NCBI GenBank assembly: GCA_001821135.1
Contig: MHSA01000012.1
Coordinates: 6,341 to 70,340, forward strand
DNA: 64,000 bases
Source: Candidatus Taylorbacteria bacterium RIFCSPLOWO2_01_FULL_48_100
GTDB taxonomy: Bacteria; Patescibacteriota; Minisyncoccia; Phycocordibacterales; UBA10002
Direction: 5' to 3'
The notes beneath the pieces are model-generated. The model saw only the letters and a program-made list of their open reading frames with translations. It was not told where the DNA came from and did not search any database. The translations under genes were made by a program, and so were the position numbers. The number at the start of each line of letters is the position of its first letter. The first letter of the stretch is position 1. Below, piece after piece: positions 10,036 through 19,174 of this stretch.

Positions 10036-10392
10036 ATGAAAAAAGTTCTTGCAGGTTTGGGGTTATATGCGATTCCGTTTTTAGCGTTGGCGCAGGGGAC
10101 TGGAACGCTTGTTAGTGCTGTGAATACAATTGGGAAAATAGTAAATCTCATTATTCCGATTGTTGGTGCAGTTCTACTCGTCTTTTTCTTTTATGGTGTA
10201 ATTGGATATGTTAATGCGGGCGGAGAAGACGAAAAACGAACCGCGGCGCGCAACACTATGATTTATGCAGTTATCGGTATGTTCGTTGCATTTTCTATCT
10301 TCGGATTGATACAACTCTTACAACGGTCATTTGGCGTTGGTGATACAGCGGGGTTAACTCTACCCGGTCAAAGCGGATTCTTTAACTTCTAA
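10036..10392 (+). CDS. VirB2/TrbC-like pilin family small membrane protein (paralog 5)
   Basis: RBS AAGGAATTTACAATG. Signal peptide. Core NAGGEDEKRTAARNTMIYAVIGMFVAF. Confidence 0.6.
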   Translation: MKKVLAGLGLYAIPFLALAQGTGTLVSAVNTIGKIVNLIIPIVGAVLLVFFFYGVIGYVNAGGEDEKRTAARNTMIYAVIGMFVAFSIFGLIQLLQRSFGVGDTAGLTLPGQSGFFNF

Positions 10393-10398
10393 TAGGTA

Positions 10399-10644
10399 AT
10401 GGGACCAGTTAACACCTTCATCAACAAAATCGGGGAGAACATTCTGAACCCCCTGATTTACCTTATGTTCGGGGTTGCATCCCTCACATTCGCGTGGGGG
10501 GTGTATGTGTTTCTCGCGAATCTAGACAATGAAGAAAAACGCAAAGAAGGCGGGTGGGCAATGCTCTGGGGTGTGCTCGGGATGGCGATAATGCTTGGAG
10601 CGAAGGGGATTGTAGCGGTTATAAAAGAGACGATTGGGGTGTGA
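10399..10644 (+). CDS. VirB2/TrbC-like pilin family small membrane protein (paralog 6, short)
   Basis: Core NLDNEEKRKEGGWAMLWGVLGMAIMLG. 81 aa. Confidence 0.5.
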   Translation: MGPVNTFINKIGENILNPLIYLMFGVASLTFAWGVYVFLANLDNEEKRKEGGWAMLWGVLGMAIMLGAKGIVAVIKETIGV

Positions 10645-10652
10645 GAATAAAG

Positions 10653-10765
10653 ACACCCCTCCGCCTCGCGGACTCGGCACCTCCCCTTAGGTTAAGGGCA
10701 GGATTGGAAAAAGAAAAACCCTCTCGCCCTTTTCATAAGGGGGAGAGGGTAGGGTGAGGGGGTGT
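10653..10765. repeat. GC-rich palindromic MITE-like repeat, copy 1 (modules A then B), with a terminator-like hairpin at 10791-10824
   Basis: Ends acacccctc...gagggggtgt are inverted. Near-identical to the copy at 14632-14744. Confidence 0.7.
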
Positions 10766-10830
10766 TTGAAACAGAAAATAAGAAAAAAATCACCCCCTCA
10801 CTTGTCCGACAAGTGAGGGGGTGTGTGTTT

Positions 10831-11466
10831 TCATTCCATCCGTCCGCTGATTTTCAGCGGAAAGTTGGTGAGCGAGAGGAATCGAAGGACATTCGGCTTC
10901 CCGATGTCGGGGTCGAGTCCCGGGCCGATGATGTGGATGACCCCATCCGCATTCACCGCCAGCACGCCTTCGCGCTTCGTTCCGTCGTCTGCGAACGCAT
11001 CCATCTGCGAACGCCTGCCGTAGAGGTTCAGCGGCTCGCTCCACTGCTCAATCGGCGTGTTGATTGTGCCGATTGGAGCGAGGATGTTGATTTGTTTCTG
11101 GTCGCGAGCAACAGGCGGTCCCGCTTGCGTGGTAATTCCTGCCTGCGCTGGCGCTTGTTGCACCTGCGGCGGCACATAGGTGTAATCGCCTTTCCAGAAC
11201 ATTTTCGGCCCGATGATGAAGATGCAGAGCACGGCGGTGAAGGCAAGAAGTGCAGCGAGTTTCGCAAACGCAATTCCCGTTTCCCACACTTTTTTCCAAT
11301 CGCGTTTTTTTGCGGTTACGGCAGGGGCGGGTGTCGGAGCTCCTCCAGGCACTGGCGTTGTCGGGTTTTTCTTAAACCACCCCGAGATTTTCGTCCAATT
11401 TCCAATCAGAAGAGCGATAATCGCCAACCCAACCGCGCTCCAGATTATGATTGTCAGCCATTTCAT
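10831..11466 (-). CDS. hypothetical membrane protein with Pro-rich linker
   Basis: Good RBS (AGGAAAAATCTTATG). Two TM helices. Terminator hairpin downstream. Overlapping plus-strand ORFs are judged spurious. Confidence 0.5.
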   Translation of the reverse strand: MKWLTIIIWSAVGLAIIALLIGNWTKISGWFKKNPTTPVPGGAPTPAPAVTAKKRDWKKVWETGIAFAKLAALLAFTAVLCIFIIGPKMFWKGDYTYVPPQVQQAPAQAGITTQAGPPVARDQKQINILAPIGTINTPIEQWSEPLNLYGRRSQMDAFADDGTKREGVLAVNADGVIHIIGPGLDPDIGKPNVLRFLSLTNFPLKISGRME

Positions 11467-11537
11467 AAGATTTTTCCTTTCGGTTCAGTGCAGGACTTTA
11501 TGTCAAGCAACTGTTCTAATATATATTATAGCAAAAA

Positions 11538-11570
11538 AGACACCCGAAGTCAAGGACTTCGGGTGTTGTG
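11538..11570 (-). terminator. rho-independent terminator for the SPFH-family gene
   Basis: On the minus strand: acacccgaagtccttgacttcgggtgt followed by TTTTTT. Confidence 0.6.
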
Positions 11571-11580
11571 AATTAACGAC

Positions 11581-12774
11581 TTATTTGTTGATTTGGATAG
11601 CGCCGCCTTCTACCCAAGTAACGCCTGTTTTTATTTTGTCGGCCTTCTCAATGTTAAGCCGAGCAATATCAACCGCGAATTTTGCCTGCAGAATTTCCGT
11701 AGTTACTCCAGTTGCGGTTATCTGCGAGGTGAGCGCGGCGGCATCGGCAGTAGCAACGGTTGTTATCGCCTTCGCGTGCTTCTCTGCTTTCATCACTTCT
11801 GCGTCACCCTCAAGCTCAGCGATTTTCTTTGCTTTAAGTGCTTTCGCCGCTGTGTCATCCAATTTTGACAACTGAATCTGGACGACCCGTGAGTCAATCA
11901 GATACACGCCAAACTCTTCAATCAAACCGCGCGGACCGTAGTTGAGCGGGTCTAACGCTTCCCAGAAGAAGTCCGACTGCGACCCGGTAACTCCCAATTT
12001 TATGAACGCTTCATATCCACCTGGATATTTGCGCAGATAGTCAATGACCGCTGCCTGTATCACTTGTTCCAAGAGCGAGAAGAACCGCTCGCGATAAGTA
12101 AAAACAATAGGTTGCGGCTTCACTATTTGAAAATTATTCTGAAGCAAGACGCTTGCTTCAAACAAATCCAGAAATTCCACATCGCGCACGAGCACAGGTC
12201 GCGGAAACTTCCAAAGAAGCGAGGTTTCTTCCGTCGTGTCGCCGGTTTGATTGTGGACCGAACTGTCCAGCCATTTCTCAATTGGGGCGTTTTCGGGTAC
12301 TGCGGTATCCGGACGGATGCGCAAGTGAACCACTTTGAATTTGTGTATTTTCCAAAGCGGATACAACACACTTACCCAATAAAACCCGCATAACTCAGCG
12401 AGTGGTCGTTTTTTTTCTTTCTTATTCATACCGAGGACAGCACCAGTAGTATCTTTGACTTCTCCGGTTCGCACGATGGCGTTACTCACTTGAATATGTT
12501 TTTCATCAAAGGTCGGTTTTCCGTCAGATCCTTTGATTAGTTTGCCGGTCGCGTTTTTATTGGCTTCTCTCACATAGAGCCACCCCATATTTTTTTGTTG
12601 ATAGTGCCATCCGTCAATGTTTTCCAACACATCGTCAAGTTTTCCGCCCTTAACGATAAACTCAATTGTGTCTTGGTCTACAAATGTCGCCTGCTGTTTG
12701 TTTTTCGCGGCGTTGTAGAGGAATAGCACAATGAGCGGTATGAGAATTAGTAATCCGACTATCGTTTCTAACAT
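11581..12774 (-). CDS. SPFH/band-7 (flotillin-like) domain membrane protein
   Basis: N-terminal TM helix. Ala/Glu-rich coiled-coil C-terminus typical of flotillin/HflK-like proteins. The assignment is a weak recollection. Confidence 0.45.
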   Translation of the reverse strand: MLETIVGLLILIPLIVLFLYNAAKNKQQATFVDQDTIEFIVKGGKLDDVLENIDGWHYQQKNMGWLYVREANKNATGKLIKGSDGKPTFDEKHIQVSNAIVRTGEVKDTTGAVLGMNKKEKKRPLAELCGFYWVSVLYPLWKIHKFKVVHLRIRPDTAVPENAPIEKWLDSSVHNQTGDTTEETSLLWKFPRPVLVRDVEFLDLFEASVLLQNNFQIVKPQPIVFTYRERFFSLLEQVIQAAVIDYLRKYPGGYEAFIKLGVTGSQSDFFWEALDPLNYGPRGLIEEFGVYLIDSRVVQIQLSKLDDTAAKALKAKKIAELEGDAEVMKAEKHAKAITTVATADAAALTSQITATGVTTEILQAKFAVDIARLNIEKADKIKTGVTWVEGGAIQINK

Positions 12775-12868
12775 AGTTTTTCCTTTCGTTTCAGTTGTTT
12801 ATTGTCAAGGTTCTCTGTGCGGAAATATAGCACAAGGCGCGCTTGTAGTCAAGCGCGCCTAAAAGAAA

Positions 12869-12911
12869 GCCGACACCGAATGTTTGAAGCCCATCAACAT
12901 TCGGTGTCGGC
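12869..12911. repeat. conserved-loop hairpin family Y, copy 1 (16 bp stem, loop tgaagcccatc)
   Basis: gccgacaccgaatgtt-tgaagcccatc-aacattcggtgtcggc followed by a T-run. The same loop sequence recurs at 25301, 44201 and 47908. Confidence 0.6.
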
Positions 12912-12919
12912 TCATTACT

Positions 12920-13099
12920 TTTTTACCGACTCCCCACCAACTTGAGAATTGCGCCTACGCCGACGATAATCGGCCAGGTAACCGCAGTCGTTTCCGGCGA
13001 GATATAGCCGAGCGCGTCAAATAGGAATACGAGCGCGAAGAGAAGCGTGAGGAGCGGGAGAATCCCTATATGGTGTCCGCCTTGTCCTTGTGAAAACAT
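12920..13099 (-). CDS. small two-TM membrane protein (59 aa), hypothetical
   Basis: Translated by hand from the minus strand (MFSQGQGGHHIGILPLLTLLFALVFLFD...). Below the ORF-track size cut-off. Weak RBS. Confidence 0.25.
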
Positions 13100-13230
13100 A
13101 GTATTAAAAGTTATAAATAATAAAAGCGACCATTGTTTCTTACCACACCATTATCGCACACAATACAAACTTACTTGCACGCAATATGTGGATATGTTAG
13201 GGTGCGGGCAGAATAAAGAAAGGAGTAAGT

Positions 13231-13509
13231 ATGAGTACAAAATACACCCGAGGGTGGATTCGAATGCAAGTTCTGGATGGGATTGTTGAAATTGGAAAGT
13301 TCACACCGGGCATCGCTAACAGCGATACCGAGCTTGAACGACAGGATGTCCTGCTTCTAATGTCGCATCTCTCCGGTCGGTTGAATAAATCGATTGAGTG
13401 GAACAGACCACAGCCGAGGCATGGAATCAAAGTGTCCACAGTTGTTGGGTACTTGGAAATAGTACTCAATAGCAACGGAACGCACGAAGAATCCGAATCC
13501 ATCTCATAA
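13231..13509 (+). CDS. hypothetical protein
   Basis: RBS AAAGGAGTAAGTATG. No recognisable domain. Confidence 0.4.
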   Translation: MSTKYTRGWIRMQVLDGIVEIGKFTPGIANSDTELERQDVLLLMSHLSGRLNKSIEWNRPQPRHGIKVSTVVGYLEIVLNSNGTHEESESIS

Positions 13510-13617
13510 ACCTCGCACAAAGGGTATGTGCGGGGTTTTCTTTTGGAAAAGTGAAATTCGTGTTATTATGCAGCCGTTGTGTTTTTAGACGATGTAAAAC
13601 CAAAGGAAAATACTGAA

Positions 13618-14163
13618 ATGGATGATGTGGAGATTTTGCGCGCTTCGCGCGACAACCCGGCGCTGTTTGAGGTGCTTGTTTCTCGTTATGAAGAAGCATT
13701 TTTGCGCAAAGCGAAATATATCTTAAAGGATGACGAAAAGGCGCAGGATGTCGTGCAAGACGCGTTTGTAAAAATATATCTGAACGCGGCGCGCTACCAA
13801 CCAATGCCGGGCGCATCCCTTAAGTCGTGGATGTATAAAGTGCTCGTCAATTTATGTTTTACAGCGTGGAAGAAAGGGAAGCGCGCTCAAGAGTTTAACG
13901 CGCTTTTAGACCCCGAACTTATGGAACTCGTACGCGATGCCGGCGAGGAGTTGGAACGCGAAGCGCGTTATGACCGTGATACCATTGTGTCGCTTCTCTC
14001 CAAACTACCCGTAACATTAGTGCGGGTTATTGAGTTGCATTTTCTTGAAGGCAAGCCCCAGCGCGAGGTCGCGCGCGCAGTGGGCATTTCGGAAGGGGCA
14101 GTGCGGGCGCGGGTGCACCGCGCCAAGCAGGCGATGAAGAAGTTACTTATTTCATCCCGTTAG
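13618..14163 (+). CDS. RNA polymerase sigma-70 factor, ECF subfamily
   Basis: Region 2 (DVVQDAFVKIY) and region 4 HTH (REVARAVGISEGAVRARVHRAKQAMKKLL). RBS AAAGGAAAATACTGAAATG. Confidence 0.8.
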   Translation: MDDVEILRASRDNPALFEVLVSRYEEAFLRKAKYILKDDEKAQDVVQDAFVKIYLNAARYQPMPGASLKSWMYKVLVNLCFTAWKKGKRAQEFNALLDPELMELVRDAGEELEREARYDRDTIVSLLSKLPVTLVRVIELHFLEGKPQREVARAVGISEGAVRARVHRAKQAMKKLLISSR

Positions 14164-14291
14164 AGATAGGACGCGGATGGATAAATCAACACTTCTTTGC
14201 CAACTTTTTGAGTTTAATAAATTTAAAATAGTATTAATCCTACATTGAGAAGCGTCCGCTATCTCTAACGGGATTCACTAAATACTATACT

Positions 14292-14630
14292 ATGGCTGAA
14301 TATATTGAATCAGTAAGGCGGGATATTATGAGGCGCGTGTATGTCGTATTTTTTGTGCGAAAAGTGGTGAAGCCGTTTGTCATTAAAATGGGCTCGGTCG
14401 CCGCGCTTGCTGTTGCGGTCGCCGCGCTCGTATCCGTGCAAAATGTGCTCGGCAATATGCCGTCTCCTGCTGAGTTTGTATCCTTCGGCAAGTTTATATT
14501 CTCGGCATTTGCAAATACGGAACTCTCCGTGCAGGCGCTCTCGCTCGCGGTTGCTGTGCTCGCCGCATTTGCCGTCCGCGACCTCGCGCGCGTTTCGCGA
14601 CTTATCGGAGTACGACGGGTTGCAATGTAA
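14292..14630 (+). CDS. hypothetical membrane protein (possible anti-sigma partner)
   Basis: Hydrophobic 112 aa ORF directly downstream of the ECF sigma gene. No SD sequence. The anti-sigma role is inferred only from position. Confidence 0.35.
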   Translation: MAEYIESVRRDIMRRVYVVFFVRKVVKPFVIKMGSVAALAVAVAALVSVQNVLGNMPSPAEFVSFGKFIFSAFANTELSVQALSLAVAVLAAFAVRDLARVSRLIGVRRVAM

Positions 14631-14631
14631 T

Positions 14632-14744
14632 ACACCCCTCCGCCTCGCGGACTCGGCACCTCCCCTTAGGTTAAGGGCAGGATTGGAAAAAGAAAAACCC
14701 TCTCGCCCTTTTCATAAGGGGGAGAGGGCAGGGTGAGGGGGTGT
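14632..14744. repeat. GC-rich palindromic MITE-like repeat, copy 2
   Basis: Differs from copy 1 by a single mismatch. Lies between convergent genes and abuts the polX stop codon. Confidence 0.7.
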
Positions 14745-16414
14745 CATCTACCTCGGTTTCTTTTCAACCTCACCAGCATCTTTTCAACAGGAAGCGTATT
14801 TACAATATCTTTTTTCTCCGCCCAGCCGCGCCGCGCTTGTCCTATTCCAAGACGAAGCGCCTTGAAGCCGTCGGGTGAGTGCGCGTCGGAACCGATAGAA
14901 AGAAGAACGCCAGCTTGTACGCATTGCCGTATCAGTTCGTCGTGCAAATCAAGGCGCTCCGGCGCCGCGTCAATTTCCAAAACCGTGCCGTTTTCTTTTG
15001 CGGCGGCAATCACCTCGCTCCAGTCAGCGGCAATCGGAGGGCGTTTGTTCAGCATTCGCGCAGATGGGTGAAAGATAATATCCACGAGCGGGTGTTCAAT
15101 CGCTTTAATGAGCCGTTTCGTTTGTTCTTTCACCGAAAGCTCAAAGTGACTATGAACAGATGCGCCCGCAAAGTCCATTTTTGCGAGCGCATCGTCCGCA
15201 AGGTCCAGCGAGCCGTCTTTTTTTATATTCACCTCCGCGCTTTTCAGGATTCTTAATTTTACGCTTTCAGTTTTTAATTTTTTATTCAATGCGTCAATCT
15301 CTTTCACTTGTTCAGCAAACTCTTTTTCATTCATTCCACCAGTCATCGCAAGCCCCTGCGTGTGGTCGGTCATTGCAATGTATTCCAAGCCGAGTGCGCG
15401 CGCTGCGCGCGCCATCTCTTCTATAGAGCGCGTGCCGTCGGTCCAGTCCGAATGCGCCTGCAAGTCGCCTTTTAGGTCGTTATACCCAATTAGGTCTGGG
15501 AGTTTATTGTTTTGACTCGCTTCCAACTCACCTGTCATTTCCCGTAATTCGGGTTCAATATATTTAAGTCCTAATTTCGCATAAAGTTCTTCTTCTGTGC
15601 TAAATAATCCATGCTCATTTAATTTCCACCCTTTTTTGAGCGCTCGTTCGCGAAGCGCGATGTTGTGCGCCCTTGAACCAGTGAAATGGTTGAGCACCGC
15701 GCCCCATGACTCTGGCTGTACGATACGCACATTGATACGCTCTATTTCTGGAAGTTTAGCAATTTTCTTCATCGTTTCTTCCGGCTTTTCAGATACGGCG
15801 AGTATGTCTATGTCGCCGACCGTTTCTTTCATTCTGCGCACAGAGCCCGCGGCAACCGCCTTTTTCACTTCCGGAAATGCGCCGATTTTATGCTCCAGCG
15901 CGTGCGCGACGGGAAGTACCGCGCCGAGAATCATCCTCCCACCGACTTCGCGGCGGAACGCGATGCCTTTGAGAATCTTCTCTTCGCTTTTCTCGCCGAA
16001 GCCCGGTAGCGCGCGCAGGGTACCTGCGCGCGCGGCGGCTTCCAATTCGTCTAGATTTTTGATTTTTAATTTCTCCCACAGCGTCTTTACTGTTTTCGGC
16101 CCTATACCTTCCACCGCGACGAGCTCGCCGACTGCTACCGGCGTTTTCTTTTTCAGCCGTTCATATTCCGCAAAGGTTCCGCGCGCGAGGAGCTCGGCGA
16201 TGTGTGCGGCAATACCCGCGCCGATGCCGGGTATTTCCTTGAGCGCGCCGGGACCACCTATCGCAAAGGTCTCGTAGAGCGGTTCCTCGCGCGCCTCAAT
16301 CGCCAGTGCCGCGCGCTCGTACGCGCGCGGCTTGAACGGCTCGCTCTCCATTTCATACAACGCAGCCGTCTCGCCGAGCAGTTCCGCAATTCGGGTATTT
16401 GAGAGTTGCTTCAT
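14744..16414 (-). CDS. polX: DNA polymerase X family protein with PHP domain
   Basis: Pol beta-like N-terminus (helix-hairpin-helix GIGPKT, GSVRRMKETVGDIDIL) plus a C-terminal PHP phosphoesterase domain. Confidence 0.9.
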   Translation of the reverse strand: MKQLSNTRIAELLGETAALYEMESEPFKPRAYERAALAIEAREEPLYETFAIGGPGALKEIPGIGAGIAAHIAELLARGTFAEYERLKKKTPVAVGELVAVEGIGPKTVKTLWEKLKIKNLDELEAAARAGTLRALPGFGEKSEEKILKGIAFRREVGGRMILGAVLPVAHALEHKIGAFPEVKKAVAAGSVRRMKETVGDIDILAVSEKPEETMKKIAKLPEIERINVRIVQPESWGAVLNHFTGSRAHNIALRERALKKGWKLNEHGLFSTEEELYAKLGLKYIEPELREMTGELEASQNNKLPDLIGYNDLKGDLQAHSDWTDGTRSIEEMARAARALGLEYIAMTDHTQGLAMTGGMNEKEFAEQVKEIDALNKKLKTESVKLRILKSAEVNIKKDGSLDLADDALAKMDFAGASVHSHFELSVKEQTKRLIKAIEHPLVDIIFHPSARMLNKRPPIAADWSEVIAAAKENGTVLEIDAAPERLDLHDELIRQCVQAGVLLSIGSDAHSPDGFKALRLGIGQARRGWAEKKDIVNTLPVEKMLVRLKRNRGR

Positions 16415-16510
16415 TGCCGTTATTATCGCACACGGGCGGCAATCGCAAAACTTGCGTTTTGTCCATTATTGCGATAGGTTGATAACGGATGTTTTTTGAT
16501 TGGAGGAAAA

Positions 16511-16996
16511 ATGAAAACTACTGAAAAAAAGGAACCAGAAATCAAACTATATGGAATTCCTATCTGGTGTCATCATCACTGCGGAAAAATGGGAATTGAA
16601 AAAACAGAATCTTCTTTATTGAAACTTGCGGGAAGTGCGGCGTTCCTAGAAATTGTGAACCCAACACTTTTCAGTGGAAAGAGATATTGGAAGGTTTTGT
16701 GGGAGATCCTGTTTGCTGTGGAAGAGAAGGTGAACGGACAAGTGCTTTTCTCAGACGCTCATTTACGCGCCGCTTTCGGACTCTCAAATGAAATGAAGGT
16801 GTCTAGCGATTGGTTGTTAGAAAAATATGGTGGTGATGTCGCGGCACAAGGGTGTTTCATTCGCTATCAGCAGTTTCTGAATATTCCGGGTCCGGGAACC
16901 GGTAATGATGGAGATCCGAATATCTCCATTGAAATCAACGAGGAAATGAAAAATGCAATCGCGGCACTGTTGCTTACGAAAAGCGTCGCCAACTGA
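16511..16996 (+). CDS. hypothetical protein
   Basis: RBS GGAGGAAAAATG. No family recognised. Confidence 0.45.
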   Translation: MKTTEKKEPEIKLYGIPIWCHHHCGKMGIEKTESSLLKLAGSAAFLEIVNPTLFSGKRYWKVLWEILFAVEEKVNGQVLFSDAHLRAAFGLSNEMKVSSDWLLEKYGGDVAAQGCFIRYQQFLNIPGPGTGNDGDPNISIEINEEMKNAIAALLLTKSVAN

Positions 16997-17078
16997 TGTT
17001 GATTCACAAAGGGTTTGCTGTCGCAAGACGGCAGACCTTTTCTTTTTAACTAATTTGCTGTTTTTGGCGGTTTCTAGT

Positions 17079-17342
17079 ATGATGTTATTCGTGAAAAAAG
17101 ACATTCACCCGAAGTATTATCCGGAAGCGAAGGTGTCGTGTTCGTGCGGCGCGGTTTTTGCCGTGGGTTCTACCAAGCCGGAATTGCGCGTTGAAATATG
17201 CGGGAACTGCCATCCGTTCTACACAGGCACCGAAAAAATTGTTGACACGGCGGGCCGCGTTGAGCGTTTTAAGTCAAAAATTGCAAAGGCCGCTAGCTTA
17301 CCGCGCGCGGTGAAAAAGGCGGCGAAGAAAAATAAAAAATAA
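17079..17342 (+). CDS. rpmE: 50S ribosomal protein L31
   Basis: KKDIHPKYY...CSCG...[10 protein letters not shown] matches L31. Confidence 0.9.
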   Translation: MMLFVKKDIHPKYYPEAKVSCSCGAVFAVGSTKPELRVEICGNCHPFYTGTEKIVDTAGRVERFKSKIAKAASLPRAVKKAAKKNKK

Positions 17343-17350
17343 GACAAAAA

Positions 17351-17445
17351 TCCTCTCGCCCTTTTCCAAAGTGGGAGAGGGTAGGGTGAGGGGGTGTAAG
17401 AAAAAAACACCCCTCCCTTTCCCTCCCCTTAGGTTAAGGGCAGGG
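17351..17445. repeat. GC-rich MITE-like repeat, copy 3 (module order B then A, permuted)
   Basis: cctctcgcccttttccaaagtgggagagggtagggtgagggggtgt, then acacccctccc...ccccttaggttaagggcaggg. Confidence 0.65.
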
Positions 17446-17451
17446 TAAAAC

Positions 17452-18420
17452 ATGAACCTAGAATCCTACAAAAAGAATCCGCGCACGGCGCATCTTGTGG
17501 AGTCGTACGCGAGGATTGAAAAAGAAGAAGCGGAACTCACCGCGCTCGCGGAGCGCGAGCGCGGTATGAAAGAAATGGCGGACAAAGAGCTCGCCGGTTT
17601 TGCGGAACAAAAGGATGCGCTTGCGGCGCAAATGCGTGCTCTTGCGGAAGCTGCGAGAGAAGAAGAGGCGTTTCCTAACGAACTCATTTTAGAAGTGCGC
17701 GCGGGGGTGGGCGGCGATGAAGCCGCGCTTTTTGCGAAAGAGATTGCCGAGATGTACCGCGCGTTTGCGGAGCGGAGCGGCTGGTCGTGGAGTCCTCTGT
17801 ACCTTTCCGAAAACGGAATCGGCGGGTACAAGGAAGCCGCATTTGAAATCAAAGGCAAGCAGTGCTACAAGTTACTCCGTTTTGAGACCGGGGTGCATCG
17901 CATTCAGCGCGTGCCGGAAACAGAAAAGATGGGCCGCGTGCACACCTCTACTGCATCAGTCGCGATTATGCCCGTGCGCGCAAGCGGCGGCTTTGAGATG
18001 AACCCTTCCGACCTTGAAGTAGAGTTTTCGCGCGCGGGCGGAAAGGGCGGGCAGAATGTGAATAAAGTGGAAACCGCCGTGCGCATTTTGCACAAGCCGT
18101 CGGGAATTGTGGTGCGTTCAACTGCGGAGCGGAGCCAGAGCCGCAATCGCGAAAAGGCACTCCATGTTTTGACGGCAAAACTTGAAGCGCAAACCGCTGA
18201 GGCAGAAGCGAAAAAGAGCGCCTCCGCGCGGCGCGCGCAAATCGGCACAGGGGACCGTAGCGAGAAGATTCGTACCTACAATGTGCTTCAAGACCGCGTT
18301 ACCGACCACCGCATTAAAGAATCATGGCACAATCTGCTTGGCATTTTCGCTGGAGAAATCGGGGAGATTGTGGAAGCGCTTCAGATTGCGGAAAAAGAAG
18401 CCGCGCAGGCAACTATTTGA
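17452..18420 (+). CDS. prfA: peptide chain release factor 1
   Basis: GGQ motif ([12 protein letters not shown]) and an RF1-type PxT-like tripeptide (RVPETE). Confidence 0.85.
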   Translation: MNLESYKKNPRTAHLVESYARIEKEEAELTALAERERGMKEMADKELAGFAEQKDALAAQMRALAEAAREEEAFPNELILEVRAGVGGDEAALFAKEIAEMYRAFAERSGWSWSPLYLSENGIGGYKEAAFEIKGKQCYKLLRFETGVHRIQRVPETEKMGRVHTSTASVAIMPVRASGGFEMNPSDLEVEFSRAGGKGGQNVNKVETAVRILHKPSGIVVRSTAERSQSRNREKALHVLTAKLEAQTAEAEAKKSASARRAQIGTGDRSEKIRTYNVLQDRVTDHRIKESWHNLLGIFAGEIGEIVEALQIAEKEAAQATI

Positions 18421-18452
18421 TTTTTATATGGTTTTTGATACACTTTTGTTCT

Positions 18453-19169
18453 ATGACTGAAACCAAGCAAGCAATAAATGACCCCGTGATGGACGCGCTC
18501 TTTAAGGTGGGCGCACATTACGGCTATGCGAAAACGCGGCGGCACCCTTCCACTGCACCGTATATTTTGGGGATGAAAAACCGCGTAGAGATTATTGATT
18601 TGGAAAAAACAAAAATCCTTTTGGAAGCGGCAAAAGCGTTTGTGAGTACGCTTGGTGCCGAAGGCAAGACGCTCCTTTTTGTCGGAGGAAAACCGGAATC
18701 GGAAGATGCCGTACGAAAAGACGCAACGGAAATAGGTATGCCGTTTGTCGCCGGGCGGTGGGTTGGAGGTATGCTCACCAACTTCGCGCAAATCCGCTCA
18801 CGCGTGGACACGCTTCTTGACCTTAAGGCAAAGCGCGAGCGAGGAGAACTTGCGAAATATACAAAGAAAGAACAGCTCCTCATCAGCCGCGACATTGAAC
18901 GGTTGGAGAAGTTGTTTGCTGGACTTGTTTCGCTGAAAGCGTTACCGGCCGCACTATTTATTGTTGACCCGAAAGAGGAAAAGACCGCCGCGAGCGAAGC
19001 GAAGCGGCTAAATATACCAGTGGTTGCGCTCGCGAGCTCCGACTGCGATATTTCCGAAATAGCGCATCCAGTTATCGCCAATGATTCTTCAATGGCGAGC
19101 ATTAAATATTTTGTAAATGAAATTGCAAAAGCGTATCAAGATGGAAAAACACAAGGCGTAAGCCAATAA
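18453..19169 (+). CDS. rpsB: 30S ribosomal protein S2
   Basis: MDALFKVGAHYGY...VGGMLTNF; typical S2. Start taken at the internal Met. Confidence 0.9.
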   Translation: MTETKQAINDPVMDALFKVGAHYGYAKTRRHPSTAPYILGMKNRVEIIDLEKTKILLEAAKAFVSTLGAEGKTLLFVGGKPESEDAVRKDATEIGMPFVAGRWVGGMLTNFAQIRSRVDTLLDLKAKRERGELAKYTKKEQLLISRDIERLEKLFAGLVSLKALPAALFIVDPKEEKTAASEAKRLNIPVVALASSDCDISEIAHPVIANDSSMASIKYFVNEIAKAYQDGKTQGVSQ

Positions 19170-19174
19170 GAAAC

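Noticed and set aside
10554-10757. ORFs 10554-10757 and 14377-14736 encoding ...TPLRLADSAPPLRLRAGLEKEKPSRPFHKGER
   Set aside because: Artefacts of translating the GC-rich MITE-like repeat. They share their sequence only because the repeat is duplicated.
10762-11571. 269 aa plus-strand ORF (and the 11213-11875 ORF) overlapping the minus-strand membrane protein gene
   Set aside because: Fully antisense to a gene with a good RBS, TM helices and its own terminator. No RBS. The Arg/Cys-rich translation is typical of spurious GC-rich frames.
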